Origin: Rickettsiales bacterium | GTDB taxonomy: Bacteria > Pseudomonadota > Alphaproteobacteria > Rickettsiales > UBA3002 | Direction: 5' to 3' | Assembly (NCBI GenBank): GCA_037968615.1 | Contig: JBBKVX010000009.1 | Coordinates: 7,641-71,640 of the forward strand | Length of the DNA stretch: 64,000 nt | In this document: piece by piece, positions 29,129-36,612 of the stretch | Layout of the letters: each line of letters begins with the position of its first letter | Position numbering within the stretch: the stretch's first letter is position 1 | Program-made: the position numbers and the translations under genes | The notes under the pieces: generated by a model | The model's input: only the letters and a program-made list of their open reading frames with translations | Database searches by the model: none | What the model was told of the DNA's origin: nothing

Positions 29129-31057
29129 CTACTCCGAAGCCAGCGCGACGACCGGATCGAGCCGCGCGGCTTTGCTGGCGGGCCAGATACCGAAGATCAA
29201 TCCGGTGGTGACCGCGCAGGTGAAGGAAATAATCGCCGGCATAGGCGTAATTAAAATCGGTACGCTAAACAGCTTCAAACCAAGCGCCAGAGCCAGACCC
29301 GCCGCCACGCCCAGGATGCCGCCGATGGTGCAGACCACCGCCGCCTCCGTGTTGAACTGCAGCATAATGTCTCGCCGCCGCGCGCCCGTCGCCATACGAA
29401 TGCCGATCTCGCGCGTGCGCTCCGTCACGCTCACCAGCATGATATTCATCACCCCGATGCCGCCCACCAAAAGCGAAATGGCCGCCACCGCACCCAGCAG
29501 CAGCGTGAAGGTATTATAGGTGTCGCTCGCCATATCGATGAACGAGGCCATGTTGCGCGTTTGGAAATCCTGTTGCCGATGCCGCGCCAGCAGCAGCGCG
29601 TTGATGGAAGCTTCCGTGCCGGGAATTGCCTCGATGCTGTCCACCCGCACCGTCACCGCGCTCAGGAAATTCATGCCGAACAGGCGAATGAGCCCGGTGG
29701 TAATGGGCACCACCACCGTGTCGTCCTGGTCGCCGCCCCAGCCCGACGCGCCCTTAGGTTCCAGCACCCCGATCACCTCGAACGGCACATTCTTCACCAG
29801 CACGTATTTGCCCACTGGGTCTTCGCCGTTGGGGAATAAATTATTCACCGTCGTTTGCCCCAGCACGGCCACCGGCGCGTAGGAGCGCACGTCGCGGTCG
29901 GTAAAGAAACTGCCGCGCACAGTGGGCCAGTCGCGCACGAACGGCATCGCCGCGCCCACGCCTTGCACGGGGGTCTGCACATCCACATTGCCGTACTGCA
30001 CCTTGTACGAACCGCTGCGCTCCGGCACCACCGCATCCACATGCGCCAGCTCAGAAATTGCTTCCGTGTCGGCGATGGTCAGGGTGGTTACATTCCCATC
30101 CCCACGCACGCCGGGCGCGCCGGGGCGCACCGAAAGCAGGTTGGTGCCCATGGCGGTAATTTGGTCGAGCACTTGCTGTTTGCTGCCGCTGCCCACTGCC
30201 AACATGGTGACGACCGACGCCACGCCGATGATGATGCCGAGCAGTGTCAGCGCCGTGCGGAATTTGTTGGCGCGCAGCGAGCGCATGGCGGTTTTTGCTG
30301 CTTCGTCGATCTCCGGCAACAGGCCCGCATGGCCGCGATGCGGCGGCGGGGGCAGGGCGATGGAGGAGGGGCACACCTCGCCCGTTTCCTCCACGATGCG
30401 TCCGTCGAACAGATGCAGGACGCGGCTGGCATGCTGCGCTACCGCCGCGTCGTGGGTAATGAGAATGATGGTGCGGCCCTCGGCGTTCAACTGCTTCAAA
30501 AGCGCCATCACCTCTTCCGAACTTTTGCTATCGAGCGCCCCGGTCGGCTCATCCGCTAGAATAATGGGCGGGTCGTTCATCAGCGCCCGGGCTATCGCCA
30601 CGCGCTGTTGCTGCCCGCCCGAAAGCTCCGACGGTTTATGCGCGCCGCGCTCGCCCAGTCCCAATTGCGCCAGCAACGAACGCGCCCGCGCATTACGTGC
30701 TGATTTAGGCATGGCGGCGTAGATGCCGGGGATCTCGACATTCTCCTCCGCCGTGGCGGTGGCCAATAAATTATAACGCTGGAACACGAACCCGAACGTG
30801 TCGCGGCGCAGGGCCGCCAGCTCGTCGGCGTTCAGCTCGCCCACCTCGCGGCCACGAATGCGGTAACTGCCGCTCGACGCGCGGTCGAGGCAACCGAGAA
30901 TATTCATCAGCGTCGATTTGCCCGAGCCCGATTGCCCCATAATGGCCACGAATTCGCCCGGCCAAATGCTCAGCGACGCATCGTCCAACGCGCGCAGTTC
31001 GTTGTCACCTGTGTGGTAAACGCGGCTGGCGTGATCGACAATAAGCAGCGGTTCCAT
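29129..31057 (-). CDS. macB: MacB-type ABC transporter (fused ATPase and FtsX-like permease)
   Basis: Walker A GQSGSGKST, signature LSGGQQQRVAIARAL, Walker B ILADEPTGALD, then a 4-TM permease with a large periplasmic domain. Confidence 0.9.
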   Translation of the reverse strand: MEPLLIVDHASRVYHTGDNELRALDDASLSIWPGEFVAIMGQSGSGKSTLMNILGCLDRASSGSYRIRGREVGELNADELAALRRDTFGFVFQRYNLLATATAEENVEIPGIYAAMPKSARNARARSLLAQLGLGERGAHKPSELSGGQQQRVAIARALMNDPPIILADEPTGALDSKSSEEVMALLKQLNAEGRTIILITHDAAVAQHASRVLHLFDGRIVEETGEVCPSSIALPPPPHRGHAGLLPEIDEAAKTAMRSLRANKFRTALTLLGIIIGVASVVTMLAVGSGSKQQVLDQITAMGTNLLSVRPGAPGVRGDGNVTTLTIADTEAISELAHVDAVVPERSGSYKVQYGNVDVQTPVQGVGAAMPFVRDWPTVRGSFFTDRDVRSYAPVAVLGQTTVNNLFPNGEDPVGKYVLVKNVPFEVIGVLEPKGASGWGGDQDDTVVVPITTGLIRLFGMNFLSAVTVRVDSIEAIPGTEASINALLLARHRQQDFQTRNMASFIDMASDTYNTFTLLLGAVAAISLLVGGIGVMNIMLVSVTERTREIGIRMATGARRRDIMLQFNTEAAVVCTIGGILGVAAGLALALGLKLFSVPILITPMPAIISFTCAVTTGLIFGIWPASKAARLDPVVALASE

Positions 31058-31059
31058 GG

Positions 31060-32223
31060 CTAGATCCGCGGCACGCGGCGCGCTTTCGCGGCACCAGTCG
31101 CATCCGTGGTGGGTATGGCCACTTCCTCACCTTCCGTCAGTCCGCTTTGCACCTCTGCCTGCGTGCGGTTCATCAGCCCGATGGCGACTTCGCGCGTCTC
31201 TATGCCCTTCTTGGTTTTCACCGTCACTTCGTACCGTTCGCCATCGGGCAGTTTTTTGCCCAACGCGCGGGCAGGAATCACCAGCGCGTTCTCGGCGGTG
31301 CCGAGTTGGAAAAACATCTGTGTGCTCATGCCGGTCATCAGCGCTTTGTCGGTGTTCACCACATCGACCAGTGCATTATAAAGCACCACGTCGGTCACCG
31401 TTCCATCGGGCGAGGGCAACAGTTGGCGCAACGTGCTGGTCCAGCGGCGCTCGGAACCCAGCGTGTTGAAATACACCGTCATGCCCGGTTTCAGCCGCGA
31501 AACATCGGCCTCCGCCACCTGCGCGCGCACCGTCATCGTGTCGAGGTTCGCCACCTGCACGATGACTGGCGCGGTCTGGTTGGCGTTCAGCGTCTGGCCC
31601 TCTTTCGAGGTTTGCGACACTACCGTTCCATCGATCGGCGCGTAAATTTTTGTGTAGCCGAGGTTCGCTTTGTTGGCGTCGAGTTGCGATTGCGCTTCTT
31701 CCAACTGTGCCTTGAACGAGTTGGTGCGCGCCTGCGCGGCCTTGAATTCCTTGAGGCTGCTTTCCAGCGTCTCCTTGCTCACCGCGTCGGCTTTCACCAG
31801 CTTCTGGTTGCGCGCGTAGACGCTTTGGCTGAACTCTACCTGCGCCTGCTGCTCGGCCAGTTGCGCGCGCAGCGTTTTCAATCGCGCCTCATCGGCCGCC
31901 ACCTGCGCCACATAAATCTGCGGATCGATTTCCGCGATCAGCGCACCTTTTTTTACATCGTCGCCGATTTCGACATGCAGCTTCTCCAACTGTCCCGAAA
32001 CCTGCGCGCCCACATCCACGAATTCTTTCGGTTCTAATTTGCCCTGCGCGGTTACTGTCTCTTCAATGGTGGCGCGCGTTACCTTCACCAGCTCCAGAGC
32101 TCGGTTTTCATCCGCCCCGCCCGGCCAAGGCGACCACCAGAAAAGCCCCACAAGCAATAACGCCGCCATGGCAGCGTAGCGTTTGATATGTTTGATTCTT
32201 TTTGGATTTTGTTGCATGGCCAT
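31060..32223 (-). CDS. macA: MacA-type periplasmic adaptor
   Basis: MFP with a long coiled-coil hairpin (AQVAADEARLKTLRAQLAEQQAQVEF...). Start chosen at ATG 32223 or 32217 (MAMQQNPKRIK... followed by a TM anchor). The track start 32352 extends into the intergenic repeat array. Confidence 0.85.
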   Translation of the reverse strand: MAMQQNPKRIKHIKRYAAMAALLLVGLFWWSPWPGGADENRALELVKVTRATIEETVTAQGKLEPKEFVDVGAQVSGQLEKLHVEIGDDVKKGALIAEIDPQIYVAQVAADEARLKTLRAQLAEQQAQVEFSQSVYARNQKLVKADAVSKETLESSLKEFKAAQARTNSFKAQLEEAQSQLDANKANLGYTKIYAPIDGTVVSQTSKEGQTLNANQTAPVIVQVANLDTMTVRAQVAEADVSRLKPGMTVYFNTLGSERRWTSTLRQLLPSPDGTVTDVVLYNALVDVVNTDKALMTGMSTQMFFQLGTAENALVIPARALGKKLPDGERYEVTVKTKKGIETREVAIGLMNRTQAEVQSGLTEGEEVAIPTTDATGAAKARRVPRI

Positions 32224-32239
32224 AAGAATGATACGTGAC

Positions 32240-32267
32240 GACGCAGGCAAATCCTGCGTTCTGCGTC
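32240..32267. promoter_or_regulatory. Inverted-repeat element just upstream of macA
   Basis: gACGCAGG-caaat-CCTGCGT followed by a second copy of the right arm, CTGCGTC. This gives two alternative pairings 17-45 nt upstream of the macA start. Confidence 0.3.
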
Positions 32268-32322
32268 CATCATACCCAAAAATTATAAATTCCGTAGTGG
32301 GCAAGCGCCCACAACACCAAAT

Positions 32323-32372
32323 TTGGGATGCATTGGGACAGGTTGTGACCATTTGGGAATAGTTGGGATTGC
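32323..32372. repeat. Five tandem 10-bp units with conserved TTGGGA core (helically phased array)
   Basis: TTGGGAtgca TTGGGAcagg TTGTGAccat TTGGGAatag TTGGGAttgc, with cores at 32323, 32333, 32343 (one mismatch), 32353 and 32363. The array sits in the macA / gmhB-like divergent intergenic region. Confidence 0.8.
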
Positions 32373-32402
32373 GCTGCGCGCGCGCACTCCTATAGTAGCG
32401 GT

Positions 32403-32891
32403 ATGAAAGCCCTGTTCCTCGACCGCGATGGCGTCATCAACATCGATTATGGATTCGTGCATAAGCGCGAAAATTTCCAGTTCGTCGATGGCATCCACGA
32501 ACTGGTGCAGTCCGCGAAAGCCAAAGGCTACGCCATCGTCATCGTCACCAACCAGTCCGGCATCGGCCGCGGCCTCTACACCGAAGCAGACTTTCACACG
32601 CTGATGGATTGGCTGAAAACCGAGCTTCCGTTCGACGCGCTCTATTATTCTCCTGAGCATCCCGACGCCGATTCCTACGACCGCAAACCCAATCCCGGCA
32701 TGATGCTACGCGCGGCCAAGGATTTGGGCATCGACCTGAAAAACTCGCTGCTGATCGGCGACCGCGAAACTGATATTCAGGCCGCAAAGAACGCCGCCAT
32801 CGGCACCAGCATCCTGCTGAATCCCGAAGGAAACCCTACCGCTGCCGATGTGTCCATCGGGCGGCTGGCGGAAGTGCAGGGGCTTTTGTAG
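32403..32891 (+). CDS. HAD-IIIA family phosphatase (GmhB / histidinol-phosphatase-like)
   Basis: FLDRDGVIN, VIVTNQSGIGRG, DRKPNPGMM, LIGDRETDIQAA. The GmhB Zn-binding cysteines (CPH...CxCRKP) are absent here (SPEHP...DRKP), so I do not assign gmhB. Confidence 0.75.
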   Translation: MKALFLDRDGVINIDYGFVHKRENFQFVDGIHELVQSAKAKGYAIVIVTNQSGIGRGLYTEADFHTLMDWLKTELPFDALYYSPEHPDADSYDRKPNPGMMLRAAKDLGIDLKNSLLIGDRETDIQAAKNAAIGTSILLNPEGNPTAADVSIGRLAEVQGLL

Positions 32892-32965
32892 GCCCCAAAA
32901 AACACCCTTGACGAACGAAGCCAAATAGCGCAACTTGATTTCTGTCCCATTAATAGGAGGCCGTT

Positions 32966-33481
32966 TTGGCGCATGGTGGTGTAAGAAAAGGTGCAGGTCG
33001 CCCCAAAGGCAAAGGCACGTACGGCGAACCAACGGAACGCATTCGCGTGCCCGCGAGCATGGTCGACCAGATCAAGCAATTCGCCATCACTGGCGGCTTG
33101 AAGCTACCCGTCTATGCCAGCCGCGTGCAGGCAGGCTACGCCATGCCCGGCGACGACTCGATGGAAGACCGGATGGATCTGGTATCCTATTTGGTCGAGG
33201 AACCTGAGGACACCTTCATGGTCTACGCCGCCGGCGACTCGATGAAGGATGCGGGCATCCGTGACGGTGACCTGATGCTGGTGAACCGCCGCATGAAACC
33301 CGCCAACGGCAAAATCGTCGTCGCCGCCGTCGAAGGCGCGATGACAGTGAAATACCTCATCATGAAAAACGGCAAAGCCTTCCTCATGCCCGCGAACCCG
33401 GCCTATAAGGAAATCCCGGTCGATCAGGAGCATGGCGTGGTGATCTGGGGCGTGGTGACCCGTTCCATTCAGGCACATTAA
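32966..33481 (+). CDS. S24 family self-cleaving peptidase, UmuD-like, with basic N-terminal arm
   Basis: TTG start with AGGAGG 5 nt upstream. Collinear with UmuD: VQA|GYAMPGDD (UmuD VQC|GFPSPAADY), nucleophile AAGDSM, general base in TVKYL. The N-terminus is GGVRKGAGRPKGKG. Confidence 0.8.
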   Translation: MAHGGVRKGAGRPKGKGTYGEPTERIRVPASMVDQIKQFAITGGLKLPVYASRVQAGYAMPGDDSMEDRMDLVSYLVEEPEDTFMVYAAGDSMKDAGIRDGDLMLVNRRMKPANGKIVVAAVEGAMTVKYLIMKNGKAFLMPANPAYKEIPVDQEHGVVIWGVVTRSIQAH

Positions 33482-33568
33482 AGAGCGTCCGCTTCAACCG
33501 ACATTGCTCGAAACAGCGGCTGACAGAGCGGTTTCAATGCGATAAACCTCATGGCCTAACCCGCCGAA

Positions 33569-34360
33569 ATGGCGCATGAGGGATCTATGTGGCTCACCAT
33601 CATTGAATTTCTTTCCTCCCCGCACGCACCGTACGTGTTCTGCGGCGTCATCGGCTTTGTGTTCCTCTACGGGCTTTTGGAAGGCTGGGCGCGGCTAAGC
33701 AGCGTGCGCGCGGCGGTGCGTCGCGCCACCAAACTGGTCGCCGACATCAACAGCACGCAAGGCTTCTACACTCAATTCGAAACACTGAACGACCAGTTCG
33801 CGGGGCAAAAACTGTTCGCGCGGCCATGGGCGGAGTTCGCCAAAACCGTGATCATCGACAGCAGCCGCGATTTGGTACGTATCAGCCGTCGCCCACAGGA
33901 ATTCTTCCATCAGGCCAGCCTGCTTGCGCCGCGCCTCAACCTGCGCCAGTTCAACGCCATGCCGGGCTACCTCATTAGCCTCGGCCTGTTCTTCACCTTC
34001 ATCGGGCTGGTGGCGGCTATTTCCGTGGCAGCGCGCGGCCTCGCGCATTCCGCCGATGTGGCGCAAACGCAGGCAGCACTCGTGCAACTGCTCGACATTG
34101 CCAGCGTGAAATTCATCAGTTCCGTGGCGGGCATTTCGCTCAGCATTCTGTTGTCGTTCGCGCAGAAAGCATGGCTCAACCGCGCGATGAACGACATCCA
34201 CCGCTTCTGCGAAACGGTGGAAACACGCACCCAGCTCGTCACCACCGAGCAGTTGCTCTATCAATGGCTGGTGGCGCAGGAGCAGACCACGCGCAGCTTC
34301 ACCCACCTTGCCGACGACATCGCCACCGAAGTGACCTTGCAGCTCAACCAGGCCAAATAA
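33569..34360 (+). CDS. MotA/TolQ/ExbB-family proton-channel-like membrane protein (short, ZorA-like head without tail)
   Basis: TM1 YVFCGVIGFVFLYGLL. The channel signature MPGYLISLGLFFTFIGLVAAI compares with P.iGLfGTV.GI, and FISSVAGISLSILLSF compares with AL..Ta.GL..aIp. A pre-channel segment reads PWAEFAKTV...PQEFF. The alternative start ATG 33587 has a GAGGGA upstream. Confidence 0.65.
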   Translation: MAHEGSMWLTIIEFLSSPHAPYVFCGVIGFVFLYGLLEGWARLSSVRAAVRRATKLVADINSTQGFYTQFETLNDQFAGQKLFARPWAEFAKTVIIDSSRDLVRISRRPQEFFHQASLLAPRLNLRQFNAMPGYLISLGLFFTFIGLVAAISVAARGLAHSADVAQTQAALVQLLDIASVKFISSVAGISLSILLSFAQKAWLNRAMNDIHRFCETVETRTQLVTTEQLLYQWLVAQEQTTRSFTHLADDIATEVTLQLNQAK

Positions 34361-34361
34361 C

Positions 34362-35096
34362 ATGCCGCACCACGAAGAATCGTCCGAACATTTCTTCACC
34401 GCGTTCACCGACCTGCTGGTCGGTGTCATCTTTTTGTTTATGCTGCTGCTGATGGTGTTCGGCCTCAACCTGAAACAGGACGAGGTGGTGGAAGAACCCA
34501 CCTTCACCAGCGACGAGATTCGTGCGCATGTGCTGACGGAAATCGGCAAGCGCATGGCGGAGGGCGGCACCGCGTTAAAGCTTGATCCCGCCAACGGCAT
34601 CGTGCGCTTGCCGGAAGAGCAGTTGTTCGAATCCGGCCAGTGGAAACTGTCGGAACAGGGGACGCAAATGGTGGTAACGCTGGCCAAGGTGCTGGCTGAG
34701 TTGCTGCCCTGTGCGGCGACGTCAACGGCGCCTTGCGACTGGTACACACAGCCTATCACCCTCGATTCCGTACTCATCGAAGGCCATACCGACAAGCGTC
34801 CCTTCAGCAGCCCGCAAGGCTACGGCAACTGGGAGCTTTCGGCTTTCCGCGCGATTAGTGTGTACGAGACCATGGTGGCGGCGCAGCCGCAGTTGGAGCA
34901 GGGCATTACTAATCTGGGCCGCGAGCCGCTGTTGGGTGTCAGTGCCTATGCCGACCGCCGCCCGGTCGACCGCGTGAACCTCGATCCCAACCGCCGCATC
35001 GACATTCGCTTCAACATGCACGCCACGGATTATCAGCCGAGATTGACCAAAAAAGCCGCGCCCAAACCCACCCCCATGCCCATACCTGCACCATGA
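34362..35096 (+). CDS. MotB/OmpA-like peptidoglycan-binding partner protein
   Basis: Single N-terminal TM helix with a conserved Asp (FFTAFTDLLVGVIFLFMLLL; compare MotB YADFMTAMMAFF). OmpA-like domain: IVRLPEEQLFESGQWKL...VLIEGHTDKRPF...GNWELSAFRAISV. The start lies 1 nt after the upstream stop. Confidence 0.75.
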   Translation: MPHHEESSEHFFTAFTDLLVGVIFLFMLLLMVFGLNLKQDEVVEEPTFTSDEIRAHVLTEIGKRMAEGGTALKLDPANGIVRLPEEQLFESGQWKLSEQGTQMVVTLAKVLAELLPCAATSTAPCDWYTQPITLDSVLIEGHTDKRPFSSPQGYGNWELSAFRAISVYETMVAAQPQLEQGITNLGREPLLGVSAYADRRPVDRVNLDPNRRIDIRFNMHATDYQPRLTKKAAPKPTPMPIPAP

Positions 35097-35680
35097 AAAT
35101 CGCCGTCACATGGCAGCAGGATTGGAACGAAAGTGGCGTGCGCCTTACCCGCGCCGACGACGCGCAGGCCGTGCGCCTTACCCACGCTGACATCGCCGCG
35201 CTGAACGAATACGACGCGCGGCTTTACGGCCTGCCGCACAGCATGGAAGCCATCCTGACCGTGCGCATCGAAGGGCGGATCGACCATCCCGAGTTCAGCG
35301 TGGACTGCACGTTGGAATCGGTACGCAGCTTGCAGATATGGCCGGTCTATCGCCGCGAGGGCGCACGCATGTTTATTGGCGCGCGCGCATTACGGCTTAA
35401 CCGTCATCAACTCGCGCTGTTCGTGGCGTTGGAGAACATGCAGGAGGCCGGGGCCGACATTGCTGCGCGTCTGCGCGCTTGGCCAGCGCTCGATGCGGCG
35501 CTCAACGCACCCAGCCATAGCCGCATTCTGGTGCAGGGGCGGGTGCCGCGCATTCTGATATCCACGCCCGCCGCCATGCCCGAGCAAGCGATGGTGCGTT
35601 CGCACGGAAAGTTACAGAAAGCGGCAGGGTTCGCCTGGGGCATGCTGCCGCGTCGGCGCTACGTGCTGGTCTCGGAATAA
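35093..35680 (+). CDS. Hypothetical 195-aa protein, third gene of the stator-like module
   Basis: ATGA start/stop overlap with the MotB-like gene and coding-like GC3. No motif recognised. The 3' end overlaps the convergent alpha-E gene by 22 nt. Confidence 0.55.
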   Translation: MKIAVTWQQDWNESGVRLTRADDAQAVRLTHADIAALNEYDARLYGLPHSMEAILTVRIEGRIDHPEFSVDCTLESVRSLQIWPVYRREGARMFIGARALRLNRHQLALFVALENMQEAGADIAARLRAWPALDAALNAPSHSRILVQGRVPRILISTPAAMPEQAMVRSHGKLQKAAGFAWGMLPRRRYVLVSE

Positions 35681-36612
35681 AGCGCGAAGAACGAGCGGTA
35701 GATGGCCTGATCGACCACGTTCAGGTTGAACTGGAACACATCAATGAACTCATGCAGTCCGTTGCCCAGCACTGTTTCAATGCTGGTGGAAGCGAGGGTG
35801 TTTTGTAGCGTGGCCATTTCTGCCTGCGCCGGCACTTTCACGTTCAGCTCCTTGGTGATGGCGGCGAGCGAACGCGCGGCGGTGTTGACGCAGCGGGCCA
35901 TGGAGCGCGGGAAGCCGGTATCGAAAATAAGGAACTCCGCCACTTCCTTGTAATGGATGCTGTGGCAATGTTTGCGGTACATTTCGAACGCGTTGGCCGA
36001 TTTCAGCACCGCGCCCCATTCCACGATGTCGTGCGGGGAATCGACGTATTCGGCACCGGGCAGCAACAGGAAATATTTCACATCGAGGATGCGAGCGGTC
36101 TTGTCGGCGCGTTCCAGCATGCGGCCCATGCGCGCGAAATGCCAGCCTTCGCCATGCGACATGGTGTTCTCGGTCAGCCCCGCAAACAGGTGGCTGGCGC
36201 GGCGCACCTCGACATAGAATTGCTGCAGGTTGCCAATGCTTTTGCGGCGGCTATGCTCGATTACCATATGGTACAGCGCGTTGATCTGCTCCCACATTTC
36301 GGGCGAGATCACGTCGCGCACGGTGCGCGCATTTTCACGCGCGCTGCACACGCAGCTGTAAATAGAGTTGGGGTTTTCCTTATCGAAGGTCAGGAAATAC
36401 AGCACGTTTTTTTCGCTGGCTTCGGCGTAGCGTTTCGAGAAATCGGCGTCGTCGCCCGAGGTGGTGACCAGCGGTTTCCATTGCGCCGTGCCGGGGGTGA
36501 GGCCCATGTCGAGCATCAGATGCACGTTCACCGCCACGAAGCGCGCAACATTCTCCGCCCGCTCCAGATAGCGGCTCATCCAATAGACGGCACTGGCGGT
36601 ACGGCTAAGCAT
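35659..36612 (-). CDS. Alpha-E domain protein (DUF403)
   Basis: [26 protein letters not shown]... is the characteristic alpha-E N-terminus. 8-nt overlap with the upstream ATP-grasp gene. Confidence 0.85.
   Translation of the reverse strand: MLSRTASAVYWMSRYLERAENVARFVAVNVHLMLDMGLTPGTAQWKPLVTTSGDDADFSKRYAEASEKNVLYFLTFDKENPNSIYSCVCSARENARTVRDVISPEMWEQINALYHMVIEHSRRKSIGNLQQFYVEVRRASHLFAGLTENTMSHGEGWHFARMGRMLERADKTARILDVKYFLLLPGAEYVDSPHDIVEWGAVLKSANAFEMYRKHCHSIHYKEVAEFLIFDTGFPRSMARCVNTAARSLAAITKELNVKVPAQAEMATLQNTLASTSIETVLGNGLHEFIDVFQFNLNVVDQAIYRSFFALYSETST

Noticed and set aside
32892-32965. Looked for an alphaproteobacterial LexA box (GTTC-N7-GTTC / GAAC-N7-GAAC) upstream of the UmuD-like gene and of the stator-like module
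   Set aside because: Only a single GAAC half-site (in ttgacgaacgaagcc) is present and no properly spaced repeat. I cannot claim SOS regulation from the sequence.
33569-35096. Calling the MotA/MotB-like pair a flagellar stator, TolQR/ExbBD, or canonical Zorya ZorAB
   Set aside because: - **Not flagellar, Tol-Pal or TonB:** no such genes are nearby.
- **Not TolR/ExbD:** the B subunit has an OmpA-like domain rather than a TolR/ExbD fold.
- **Not MotA:** the A subunit lacks the large cytoplasmic loop of MotA.
- **Not canonical Zorya:** the A subunit also lacks the long ZorA tail, and no ZorC/D/E-type effector is present.

I therefore left it as an unclassified stator-like module.
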